A stretch of DNA of 64,000 bases from an uncultured bacterium (GTDB lineage: Bacteria > Caldisericota > JANLFM01), in the NCBI GenBank assembly GCA_964614945.1, contig CAZTNW010000003.1, positions 72,838-136,837 of the forward strand, written 5' to 3'. Shown here in pieces: positions 9,447-18,849 of this stretch. Positions within the stretch are counted from its first letter, which is position 1; every line of letters begins with the position of its first letter. The notes beneath the pieces were generated by a model. That model was not told the DNA's origin, ran no database searches, and was given only the letters and a program-made list of their open reading frames with translations. The position numbers and the translations under genes were made by a program.

Positions 9447-10178
9447 TTATGTGTACCTTTTCCTTTTGAAATCATTGAGTCCGATTCCTGTAAATAAAAT
9501 TCCGGCCAGGGAAAATCCTAATTTTCCGATAATCACTGCTGTTGGAACGATAAAATCCGGTTCGCCGGATGAGCCTACAGGCAGGGTGAGCGGAGCAGTC
9601 CGAAAGAAAGAATCACCCAGCAGATCTAAGGCATAGGGCAAACTAGCTTTCCCCATAAGCAGCAGGAGCAGCATCAGCGCATAAAGCAACGCAGGGTGTA
9701 TCCGTCCAGCCACCATACCAATACCCGTAACAAACAGCATGGACGGCAAGAGGGTCATGATGATCGGATTAACAAAAGCGCCGAAATCGTAAAACCGAAA
9801 GGTATCTGCATAGAACGCAAAGCTGATGCCGATGGTGACACCGGAAATCAGGAGAAAACCGGTCGCTATGGCTAGACATTTAACCGCACCGTATTGCACC
9901 GGATCAATTGGGGTTGCCATGGCCAACACCCGCACCCGCTTTTCTTTTCTGGAATACAGATGGGTGATGAAAAATAGCAGCGTTATAAGGAGCAGCGGTA
10001 GAACTAAAGCCAAGAAAGCGCCATAGCTCCAACTGGAAAATGGTGCGGTATAGGAAACACCTAAAATAATTTCGCCATCCAGGAGCTTCCAGCTGTAGAA
10101 AGCTATGACCAGCAGCAAAACAAGAAAGAATTTATTAAAAATGAGCCTTCTTAGCGCATAGCGAAAGAGTTTACTCAA
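9447..10178 (-). CDS. polytopic membrane protein, probable second permease component
   Basis: 243 aa, about 6 hydrophobic segments; 8-nt overlap with upstream permease-peptidase gene. Confidence 0.6.
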   Translation of the reverse strand: MSKLFRYALRRLIFNKFFLVLLLVIAFYSWKLLDGEIILGVSYTAPFSSWSYGAFLALVLPLLLITLLFFITHLYSRKEKRVRVLAMATPIDPVQYGAVKCLAIATGFLLISGVTIGISFAFYADTFRFYDFGAFVNPIIMTLLPSMLFVTGIGMVAGRIHPALLYALMLLLLLMGKASLPYALDLLGDSFFRTAPLTLPVGSSGEPDFIVPTAVIIGKLGFSLAGILFTGIGLNDFKRKRYT

Positions 10179-12348
10179 CGGAAATCGCCTCCTTTGTCAG
10201 CCCGCAGGCATTCAGAAAATCATTGTAGGTAATGTAGGGCGGCATCTCAGTTCCGCCGTTCTCGTAAAGCTGCGCCAGGACGTTGTCCAGCTTGTCCTCG
10301 CCGCCCATCAATTCGGCTGCCTTCAGGATATTGAGCGGCATGATCTGATACATTTGTGCGCTCTCTTCCTGAGCTCTGATTCTTGCTGTGTATTTCTCGG
10401 GCAGTATATCCATATATTCCGGATGGCGGCGGTAGAAGGAACGGTTCAACGCGTCCAGACCGGCTTTCCACTGATCCAGATAGTATTTCTGGACGTAGGC
10501 CTCACCAAATTTTTCCTTCATCATGCGGTAGGTGGTGTAGACGGTGAGTCCCTCGGAGGACCACGGCTTTTCATCCAAGACGCTTGCGCTCAGCCCCCAC
10601 CATTGATGGATGATTTCATGTGCCAGCACTTCGCTGCTGGTAGCGCCCTCCAGGGAATTGGGATTGTTAAGATGAACGTCGCTGAAAAAGCTCTCTCCCA
10701 TTACACTGAAATTACCGTATGCACCCCCGCCCATTAAATAGGCGGAGGTCTGAATAATTTTGAGAGGGAGATCCTGGCCATAAGGCAGTGGGCCATAATG
10801 CGCGGTACAGTATTCCACCACTTCTGCCATCACCTGCTTTGCGTCCGCGCGCCGCATAGCCTCCTCGTGTTTTTTGCTGTAATAGAATTCAATATGCATT
10901 CCCCCCGCCTCGATGACCTCCATGACATAATCTCCCGCGAAGAGGTTGATCTGGGTTCCTTTGTCGACGGCCAGCCATGTTTTTGTCCCATCCGCGTTGT
11001 CTGAGACCAGTTTGGCGGTATTGCCGGTTGGGATGAGCGTCAGGTTGCTGGGTAGGGTAATGGTACCGATAATCGGGATGTCCTCCGCTTTGGTTCGCAT
11101 GGAGAGCCGCGGCGCAAGGGCGGTACCGCCCAGGTTCACATAGCGGTCACCGACCTCATCGCCCCAGACATCCATTCTGTTCATGGACCATTCCTGTGGG
11201 AATCCGCCGTATTCGACAGCAAGCCTAAGCTCCGGCTCTGCAGGCAGCATGATCGAGACTTCCTTATTGTTATTTGTGTCGTTGTTCAAATCGGTGAACG
11301 GGATGGCTTCGCCATTGACTGTGACCGAGCTAATTTCATATCCGGGATTAACCCGGAAACGGCATTCCTGCGGTTCGGTATTGTCATTTTCGATTTCATA
11401 GACCGCCCTTCCCTGCAGTGTGCCTTTTTTCGTGTTGAGGATTAGATCCACCTTCGTGCTTTTCCAAAACATGTTATCACTATAGATACCCTCAGTTTGC
11501 ACATAGTCCATCGGGCTATGATCGATGTATGGCTGGTAGACGTAGGCAAAGCAACCGCTGCATACCATTAGGGCAGCCAGAAGCGAGAGGCAGATTTTGC
11601 GTGCATTCAAACAAAGAGAGCTAAGAATTCCCCTGCCGTAACGCCGGATACAAAGAAGGGAGAGCAAGTAGCATCCCGACAGCACTGTCAGCCAGAACAG
11701 GCGGTTATAGGTTGCCATGCGGAGGATGCGGACATTGCTGAAATCGTCCGAATAGATGGGGATCAGGGGGTTGACCCAGCGAAGGATGAAATCATCGGAG
11801 AACCACTGGCTCATGCTAAGCAGGGCGAACACGACAAACAAGACGAAGCTGAGATCGACACGGTAGGTGACATGATATAAGGCCGCCGCCGCGAGGATGC
11901 CAAAAAACAAGCTGGGCAGCATCAGCACTAGAAAGCTTGCTATGTACAATTCTGGCACAAAAATATTCTTCATCTCCAGCATGGTATACGGAAGATAAAC
12001 CGTCATGGCCAGCAGTACAGCAACCAGCGCAGGAGCCATTAGTGCCAGTACTCTTGCGCCGTTTAAGGTCAGCGGCGACACGATGGTGTCAGTCAGGGTG
12101 ACGGTCTCGCTTCGATGTACGCGGTCTAATTCATAGAGAGTAAGCAGAGCAAAAAAAACCGCTCCCAAAAGCGCTCCTGTCATAGCAGGATTGGCAATCA
12201 GCGCGGACGCTTTTGTTAAGGTAGGGACCGGTACGTACCACGAATAACCTCCTAGAGGCGCACAGGCGGTCAGCACAAGCGCGAGCCAGGCGCTTTTTGT
12301 TCGGAAGATACGCTTCAGCTCCACAAGAAAAAAAGAGAAGAAGCTCAT
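10171..12348 (-). CDS. ABC transporter permease fused to an M1-family (gluzincin) zinc metallopeptidase domain
   Basis: 725 aa; N-terminal about 260 aa with about 6 TM helices; C-terminal domain carries HEIIHQWWG...WSSEG (HExxHxW...WxxEG M1 zinc signature); ATGA overlap with ATPase gene. Confidence 0.7.
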   Translation of the reverse strand: MSFFSFFLVELKRIFRTKSAWLALVLTACAPLGGYSWYVPVPTLTKASALIANPAMTGALLGAVFFALLTLYELDRVHRSETVTLTDTIVSPLTLNGARVLALMAPALVAVLLAMTVYLPYTMLEMKNIFVPELYIASFLVLMLPSLFFGILAAAALYHVTYRVDLSFVLFVVFALLSMSQWFSDDFILRWVNPLIPIYSDDFSNVRILRMATYNRLFWLTVLSGCYLLSLLCIRRYGRGILSSLCLNARKICLSLLAALMVCSGCFAYVYQPYIDHSPMDYVQTEGIYSDNMFWKSTKVDLILNTKKGTLQGRAVYEIENDNTEPQECRFRVNPGYEISSVTVNGEAIPFTDLNNDTNNNKEVSIMLPAEPELRLAVEYGGFPQEWSMNRMDVWGDEVGDRYVNLGGTALAPRLSMRTKAEDIPIIGTITLPSNLTLIPTGNTAKLVSDNADGTKTWLAVDKGTQINLFAGDYVMEVIEAGGMHIEFYYSKKHEEAMRRADAKQVMAEVVEYCTAHYGPLPYGQDLPLKIIQTSAYLMGGGAYGNFSVMGESFFSDVHLNNPNSLEGATSSEVLAHEIIHQWWGLSASVLDEKPWSSEGLTVYTTYRMMKEKFGEAYVQKYYLDQWKAGLDALNRSFYRRHPEYMDILPEKYTARIRAQEESAQMYQIMPLNILKAAELMGGEDKLDNVLAQLYENGGTEMPPYITYNDFLNACGLTKEAISVE

Positions 12349-13208
12349 CGTTCCGCCTCTTTTGCGATGAGGTAAAGGTATGCATCCTCCAAAGTCGGTT
12401 CCGTCGGCTGCGCGAAGTGAGGAAGATTATCCGCCAGAATCCGGCAGAAGATCCCCTGCGCGGCGTTAACGCGGGCAGTCACCTGATATTGTCTTTCCCG
12501 CGTCTCGCCGATTTGTTCCTCGAATATACCGACATGGCCGCGCGCCTTGAGGATCAATTCGGATGGCTTGCCGTCGAACAGGACAGCCCCGTGATTGATC
12601 ACGATCAGGCGGTTGCAGACCGATTGTACATCTTCAATGATATGAGTGGAGAGCAATACGGTCTTATTTTGCGCGCTGCGTGAGAATAGATTGCGGAAGC
12701 CCAGTCGTTCCTCAGGATCGAGTCCAGCCGTGGGCTCATCAAATATCAACAGTTCCGGATCGCCTAACAGCGCCTGTGCAATGCCCACGCGTTGTTTCTG
12801 GCCACCGGACAGTGTGCCGATGCGGGCTTTTCTTTTTTCATTGAGATTGGTCTCCTCGATAACTTTTAAAATGGCGGACTTGCTGTTTTTTACTCCCTTA
12901 AGGGCTGTCATATAGTCGAGGAATTGGTAAACGGTCAGCTCCTCATAAAGTCCGAAGCTCTGCGGCAGATACCCCAACCTGGATTTAAAATTCTTCTCAA
13001 CCTTCACCAGCAGCTGCCCATCCACCAGAATCCGACCGGAGGTGGGGAGCAGCTCTGCTACCAGCAGTTTCATCAGCGTGCTTTTGCCTGCGCCATTAGG
13101 GCCCAAAAGCCCGGTAAAACTGGGACTTTCCAGCGAGAGCCCCACATCTTTCAGCGCCTCCTTTCCTGTTCTATAGGTCATATTTAGATCCTGTATTTCG
13201 ATTTTCAA
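12345..13208 (-). CDS. ABC transporter ATP-binding protein
   Basis: Walker A GPNGAGKST, signature LSGGQKQR, Walker B LLIFDEP. Confidence 0.9.
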   Translation of the reverse strand: MKIEIQDLNMTYRTGKEALKDVGLSLESPSFTGLLGPNGAGKSTLMKLLVAELLPTSGRILVDGQLLVKVEKNFKSRLGYLPQSFGLYEELTVYQFLDYMTALKGVKNSKSAILKVIEETNLNEKRKARIGTLSGGQKQRVGIAQALLGDPELLIFDEPTAGLDPEERLGFRNLFSRSAQNKTVLLSTHIIEDVQSVCNRLIVINHGAVLFDGKPSELILKARGHVGIFEEQIGETRERQYQVTARVNAAQGIFCRILADNLPHFAQPTEPTLEDAYLYLIAKEAER

Positions 13209-13330
13209 TGTTTTTCACCTTCCATACGTATTGCTGCTCTTAAGACAAACCAAGTACACCTATAGCAAAGTAATTTGGAGCACAAATGAGATAAACTTGT
13301 TTTTTGTGTGAAGAGGAAAAATGGAGTCTT

Positions 13331-14833
13331 TTAGGTCAGCGCAAAGGTGAACTGTACCCCTGCTGCTGTGTTCTCGATTCTGTATTCCGCTTTATGAAGA
13401 TCCAAAATCATCTTGACGATGTAAAGCCCTAAGCCGCTTCCGCCTGTGCCGCGATTGCGTGACTGCTCTACGCGGTAGAAGGCGTTGAACAGCCTGGAAA
13501 TGGCTTCATCCGGGATATGAACACCAGTGTTCTCGATGGTAAAGCACACCACTTTATCGCATCGATGCGCTTTCACGAAAATACTGCTGCCCTCCGGCGA
13601 GTAATGTGCAGCATTGCTGATTAAGTTGCTCAACGCTCTGAGCAGCAGCATTTCATCTCCTTCAACGAACAGATTCTCCTCTATCTCAGTGGATACGGAG
13701 AGATTCTTCAGGGTGAAAAGATCCTGGTGCGCGGACAGGCAGTGGCTGGCTAGCGCACCGAGATCGAGCCGTTTCAGGCGCAGAGCAAAGTTAGGGGATT
13801 CCATGCGGGAAACAGTCAGGAGTTCCTGTACCAATCCCTCCATTCTGTCGGTGACCTTCAGTGATCGTCCCAGATATTTTCCGTGGTCGCGGTAAGCCCC
13901 CACATTGTTGATCATTCCTTCGAGCTGTCCTTTTACGACGGTGATCGGGGTTTTCAGTTCGTGAGACACCGCCGCAAAAAAGTCGAGGCGTTTGCGCTCG
14001 AGCTCCCGTTTCAGATCGATATCTGCCTGCAGAGATGCATTGGCCGTTTTCAGCTCATCCAGCGCGGCACTGAGCTTTTCCGCAAGGTTATTGAGGCTGG
14101 TGGCCAGCACACCAACCTCATCTGAGCGCTTTTCCTTACAGCGCCAGTGAAATTCCATTTCGGACATTCTCTTGGAGATCCGGCTGATATTCACAATGGG
14201 ACGGGTAACATAAAGCGAATAGAGCCACGACCCCAGAAATGACATCAGCAGAATCGCCACGACCAGCAACGGCAGGATGCGGACCAGCGCCTGCGCCGCC
14301 TGGTTAACCGGCTGCATGCTGGCTAAAACCACCAACGTATAGGGCGCGTTTGAGCCAGCAAAAGAAAATGGATAAGACTGTGATGTTGCCACAGAGACAT
14401 AAGAGGCATCGCCGAGGCTCATGTCATCGGTTGTAATCACAGGAGCGTTGAAGTAGTAATCAGAAGTATCGGTGCCTGTGCTTTGGTCAGCCCTGCCTTT
14501 TCCGTATTTCTGGATTTCTATATCTTCCGCCCAAGAAGAAGCATGTCCGGGGATATCCACCACTTTCTCCTGGGCGTCCAGAATCACGACATCCGCATTG
14601 TTTTTTACTACAAATCGGTTGAATAACTCGCCGGAATCCTCTAATTTGGTGCTTGCCAACTGCTCCGTCAATTTAATTGCATTTCTCTCCAGATCGCGGC
14701 TCAGTTCCGCAGAAAAGGTTTTGGGCATAAAGCAGGCAATGAAGATAAAAGTCAGCAAGCAGATGATAATCAGCAGCATGCTGGTGATCAGAAATACCTT
14801 TAGGGTCAGGCTATTTTTGATTCGGCGGATCAA
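13331..14833 (-). CDS. sensor histidine kinase with extracytoplasmic sensor domain between two TM helices
   Basis: 500 aa; two hydrophobic segments, H-box AVSHELKTP, C-terminal HATPase motifs (NLISNA, GTGGSGLGL). Confidence 0.9.
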   Translation of the reverse strand: MIRRIKNSLTLKVFLITSMLLIIICLLTFIFIACFMPKTFSAELSRDLERNAIKLTEQLASTKLEDSGELFNRFVVKNNADVVILDAQEKVVDIPGHASSWAEDIEIQKYGKGRADQSTGTDTSDYYFNAPVITTDDMSLGDASYVSVATSQSYPFSFAGSNAPYTLVVLASMQPVNQAAQALVRILPLLVVAILLMSFLGSWLYSLYVTRPIVNISRISKRMSEMEFHWRCKEKRSDEVGVLATSLNNLAEKLSAALDELKTANASLQADIDLKRELERKRLDFFAAVSHELKTPITVVKGQLEGMINNVGAYRDHGKYLGRSLKVTDRMEGLVQELLTVSRMESPNFALRLKRLDLGALASHCLSAHQDLFTLKNLSVSTEIEENLFVEGDEMLLLRALSNLISNAAHYSPEGSSIFVKAHRCDKVVCFTIENTGVHIPDEAISRLFNAFYRVEQSRNRGTGGSGLGLYIVKMILDLHKAEYRIENTAAGVQFTFALT

Positions 14834-15482
14834 TCCTATACCCTACCCCTCTGATTGTCTCAATGTAATCCACCCCTAATTTTTTCCGCAGGTTTTTGAT
14901 ATGCGTATCCACAACGCGCTCATCCCCGAGAAAATCATGCTTCCACAGCTTATTTAACAGCATCTGGCGGGTCAGCACTTTACCGATATGGGTCAGTAGC
15001 TCGCGTAGCAGTTCGAATTCGCGCTGGGTCAGGTCGACTGCTGTACCACAGATATAAGTCTTGTATCTATCAATATCCAGAACCAGATCCTGATAAACCA
15101 ATCGGTTTTGCTCGCCGGTCACAGAGGGTCGACGCAGGACTGCCGCAATCTTTTTCAGCAAAATTGGCATAGAGAAAGGTTTGATGATGTAGTCATCCAC
15201 TTCCAGATCGAAACCTTTCAATTGATTTTCTTCACTATCCAGCGCGGTCAGCATCACGATTGGCACGTCGGATTCCTTGCGGATCAATTCGCAGACGCCA
15301 TAGCCATCAATCTTCGGCAGCATGATGTCCAATAGCACCAAATCGAACGAACCCTTGGAAAACTGTGAAATGCCTTCCACACCATCGCCAGCCAAAACGA
15401 CCTCATATCCTCCGTCTTTCAGAAAATTCTCCAGCAGCTCCTGAATGTCAACTTCATCCTCAATCACTAAAATTTTCTTCAC
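14811..15482 (-). CDS. OmpR-family response regulator
   Basis: 223 aa; receiver domain (ILVIEDE, LLDIMLP, phospho-acceptor Asp context) and winged-helix C-terminal (GYRI); overlaps HK start. Confidence 0.9.
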   Translation of the reverse strand: MKKILVIEDEVDIQELLENFLKDGGYEVVLAGDGVEGISQFSKGSFDLVLLDIMLPKIDGYGVCELIRKESDVPIVMLTALDSEENQLKGFDLEVDDYIIKPFSMPILLKKIAAVLRRPSVTGEQNRLVYQDLVLDIDRYKTYICGTAVDLTQREFELLRELLTHIGKVLTRQMLLNKLWKHDFLGDERVVDTHIKNLRKKLGVDYIETIRGVGYRIDPPNQK

Positions 15483-15734
15483 ACTATCACCTCAGGTATT
15501 CTACACTTATCCAGTTTCAAGGCCCACCGAGGGCGTGATGTTGTAAGTAGCCAGGGCGAGCTATCGAAAGTCAGTGCTGGAGAAATACCTCTCATAACAC
15601 TGCCAGATGTCAGCAGTGAGTCCCCCCTATAAGCGAAACTCTTTCAATCACCTTCCCCCTGTGCCTCATCTAAGATAGATGGGCAATGTCCTCTTCGATA
15701 CTGCATCCTGCGGTTAGCAACCGCGAATTCTTCT

Positions 15735-16085
15735 TCTCCCGGGTCGAATGTCGAGTCAGCAACATCGGAGTAGAAACTTGCTACTTGGAATCTGCCCCTC
15801 AAAAGCTCCTTTCTAGCTCCTCCAGGCTAAAATACTGCAACCAGTTAACGGTATGTGTGTAACTAGCTTCAATGATCATATTTATCAAGTACTACTCTTT
15901 CTTCTTCGTACTTGAACGTATCAAGAAACCTATAGTACTTTTGCGGGTGGGAGAAGTCCAGTCAACCTAGACTACGCACTCGACCGATCTATCAACAAAT
16001 GCAGCATTACGCGATGAGATCTCGATCTTTCCATTCAGGTGGCAAGAGAGCATCTGCCTGGAAGTATGCTCATCCGTCCATAGTG
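15735..16085 (-). pseudogene. decayed relic of the SAM methyltransferase gene, with a large internal deletion
   Basis: DNA aligns by eye to 8046-8285 and 8690-8795 of the intact gene (e.g. CATCGGAGTAGAAAC vs CATCCGAGTAGAAAC; TTTCCATTCAGGTGGCAAGAGAGCATCTG vs TTCGCCATTCAGGTGGAAGGACAACATCTG); no ORF >=60 aa in the track across 15483-16189. Confidence 0.65.
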
Positions 16086-16189
16086 GCCCTTTTTCCTTTC
16101 TGCTGTCCCATCACAATGTTGTGCTGAGCATAAGCGCTGCGGCTGACTCAGGTCGAAGCGGTTTCACCTCATTCCTGTTCTTGCCCTGC

Positions 16190-16921
16190 TCACTCGCTGC
16201 CCTCATCTCCTTCATGCGGTAAGGTTGAGTCTAAAGGCATTTCGCTGGCTCTCAATTTAGACTCATCGTCGGCGGAGAAGATTCCGCACGACCGCTCGAG
16301 CATCTCCAGGCGCTTCCTTAGTTCTTCCTGCTCTTTCATGAGATAACTCATAGCTTCGGCTACAGGGTCGGGGAGCCTTCCATGCTCAAGGTCCATAAAG
16401 TGCTTGCGTTTATCTTCTACGATTCTTCCTGGAACTCCGACCACTGTGGCTGCAGGGGGGACCGATTTCAGGACCACAGAACAGGCTCCGATTTTAGCAT
16501 CGTCTCCAATGGTAACGGCACCCAGGACAACTGCCCCGGCGCCAATGACTACATTGTTGCCAATCGTGGGGTGGCGTTTTCCTTTTCTCAAGCTTGTTCC
16601 TCCCAGGACAGCGCCCTGATAAATCAGGACATCATCTCCAATCTCGGTAGTCTCCCCGATAACTACGCCAGCTCCGTGGTCGATGAAGAAACGCCTCCCG
16701 ATTTTTGCCCCGGGATGAATTTCAATGCCAGTAAAAAAGCGAGCTAAATGAGAGATAAAGCGCGCCAGAAAAAACAACTTCTTCTGCCAGAGAAAGTGGG
16801 CCAGACGATGGAACCAGAGGGCGTGAACTCCCGGATAACACATTAAAATCTCCAGGGTGCCTCTGGCAGCAGGGTCTCTGGCGAATACTGTCTGGATGTC
16901 TTCTTTCAGAGTTTTAAGCAT
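16190..16921 (-). CDS. cysE: serine O-acetyltransferase with C-terminal extension
   Basis: 243 aa; left-handed beta-helix hexapeptide repeats ([39 protein letters not shown]). Confidence 0.85.
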   Translation of the reverse strand: MLKTLKEDIQTVFARDPAARGTLEILMCYPGVHALWFHRLAHFLWQKKLFFLARFISHLARFFTGIEIHPGAKIGRRFFIDHGAGVVIGETTEIGDDVLIYQGAVLGGTSLRKGKRHPTIGNNVVIGAGAVVLGAVTIGDDAKIGACSVVLKSVPPAATVVGVPGRIVEDKRKHFMDLEHGRLPDPVAEAMSYLMKEQEELRKRLEMLERSCGIFSADDESKLRASEMPLDSTLPHEGDEGSE

Positions 16922-17107
16922 ATATGTTCTCCGTGTGGGAATTCCTCTCTCTTAACCAATCTGAGCTTCAAAGGTCTTGAAAAAGCCAAGTGGAGAGATA
17001 GCGCTCACCTGTATCAGGAAGGATAGCCGTAATAAGTTTCCCCGTGTTTTCTGGCCTTCGGGCTACCTCTAAGGCCGCCCAGACCGCAGCTCCTGAAGAT
17101 ATTCCAG

Positions 17108-17959
17108 CTAATATTCCTTCTTCTCTGGCCAACCTCCTGGCCATGAGTCCGGCGTCGTCGTTGGCGACCCTGATAACTTCATCGAGCAGACCACCTCCAG
17201 CACCTCGGGAATAAAACCGGCCCCAATTCCCTGAATCCTGTGTGTGCCTGGCTTCCCTCCGGAGAGGACGGGGGAACTTTCAGGCTCGACAGCGATGGCT
17301 TTGAATCCCTTTTTCCTCTCTTTCAAAACCTCCGCCGCTCCAGTAATCGTACCTCCAGTTCCCACCCCCGCCACTAAAATATCCACCTTTCCCTCGGTAT
17401 CCCTCCATATCTCCTCAGCAGTAGTCAACCTGTGAATTTCAGGGTTGGCAGGATTCTTAAACTGCTGAAGCAGGAGAGAGTCAGGATTCTCGGCCGCCAG
17501 TTGCTCTGCTTTCCTCACTGCTCCAGATATCCCTTCCAGTCCGGGAGTCAGAACCAGCTCCGCTCCGAACATCGAAAGGAGCTGTCTTCTCTCGAGGGAC
17601 ATCGTGTCAGGCATGGTCAGGATGAGCCTGTATCCTCTGGCAGCGCAGACAGAAGCCAGGGCGATACCTGTATTCCCGCTCGTGGGTTCGACAAGAACCG
17701 TATTTTTATTGATCAACCCTCTTTCTTCGGCATCGGCGATCATGGAAACCCCAATCCTGTCTTTGCCGCTGCCAGTAGGATTGAATGCCTCCAACTTGGC
17801 CACAACAGTTGCCCGCAGCCCCTCTGTTATCCTGTTTAACCTGACGAGCGGAGTGTTCCCTATCAATTCCGCCACATCTCTGGCAATACCCCTGGCTAAC
17901 CTCGGTATGCTCAGGGCTTTATAATGAAGGATGTCCAATTCTTTAGCTTTCTCTCTCAT
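17108..17959 (-). CDS. cysK: cysteine synthase (CysK/CysM, PLP-dependent), interrupted by an apparent frameshift; homologous 3' end continues in another frame to 16968
   Basis: [27 protein letters not shown] motifs; after IPEVLE the ORF frame gives a non-homologous tail, while another frame reads [46 protein letters not shown]... to a stop at 16968-16970. Confidence 0.8.
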   Translation of the reverse strand: MREKAKELDILHYKALSIPRLARGIARDVAELIGNTPLVRLNRITEGLRATVVAKLEAFNPTGSGKDRIGVSMIADAEERGLINKNTVLVEPTSGNTGIALASVCAARGYRLILTMPDTMSLERRQLLSMFGAELVLTPGLEGISGAVRKAEQLAAENPDSLLLQQFKNPANPEIHRLTTAEEIWRDTEGKVDILVAGVGTGGTITGAAEVLKERKKGFKAIAVEPESSPVLSGGKPGTHRIQGIGAGFIPEVLEVVCSMKLSGSPTTTPDSWPGGWPEKKEY

Positions 17960-17985
17960 TTAAACCCTCCTTATGAGCTATCCCT

Positions 17986-18849
17986 TCACAATATGTCACT
18001 TAAGAAAATCCCCCTCCTTTCAATCTTCCCTTTATCCTCGTCAGTTATCGTAGCGCCTCTCTCCCTGTGACGAGCTGACCCTCCGGATGTGCATTCCTTT
18101 ATGAATTTTTCTACTCCCGAGATGCCTGTTTTCTCGTAGAGGTGAATAATATGGCTCCCCACGACAGCGATGTCGGCCAGTCCTTCCAGCTGTCGAACCT
18201 GCACCGCGGAGGATATGCCAAAACCAGCGGCAACTGGCAGCTTGGACCTCTCTCGGATTTCTTTTATAAAATTAATCCCCTCTTCACCTATTCTTTTGAC
18301 TTCACCGGTAATTCCTACCCTTAAGGTAATGTAGATGAAACCCTTTGATATGCGCAAAATTTCCCCGAGCCTTCCTTTCTTAGGGCCGGGAGAAACAACA
18401 TTGATCGGATAAATTCCCACCCGGCGAGCATAGTCGAAATATCCCTCGACCCTTTCGTCGAAGGTCAAATCGGGAATGATGAGCCCGCTGAGGCCGGAGT
18501 CCCTAGACCTCCTCACGAATTTCTCAAGGCCCATCTGGAAAGGAATATTGGCGTAAGTCATGAAGAGGAGAGGAATATTAATCCTCTTTTTCAAACGTTC
18601 GGCAAGCTGAAAACATTGGCAGGGAGTGATACCATGGTCGAGAGCTATCTGGTTAGCTGCCATGATAGTCCGGCCGTCTGCCAGAGGATCGGAAAAAGGG
18701 ATCTGAATCTCGATAAGGTCGACTCCGTACTCTGCCATTGCCAGGGCAATCTCGCCGGATTTTTCGAGGTCTGGATATCCGGCCACAATATGAGTCATGA
18801 GTTTCAATTCCTTCTTCCCGGAGAAAATATGGTCGATAGGATTATCCAC
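17986..18849 (-). CDS. trpA: tryptophan synthase alpha subunit
   Basis: 287 aa; conserved EIQIPFSDPLADGRTI block; follows trpB with overlap. Confidence 0.9.
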   Translation of the reverse strand: MDNPIDHIFSGKKELKLMTHIVAGYPDLEKSGEIALAMAEYGVDLIEIQIPFSDPLADGRTIMAANQIALDHGITPCQCFQLAERLKKRINIPLLFMTYANIPFQMGLEKFVRRSRDSGLSGLIIPDLTFDERVEGYFDYARRVGIYPINVVSPGPKKGRLGEILRISKGFIYITLRVGITGEVKRIGEEGINFIKEIRERSKLPVAAGFGISSAVQVRQLEGLADIAVVGSHIIHLYEKTGISGVEKFIKECTSGGSARHRERGATITDEDKGKIERRGIFLSDIL

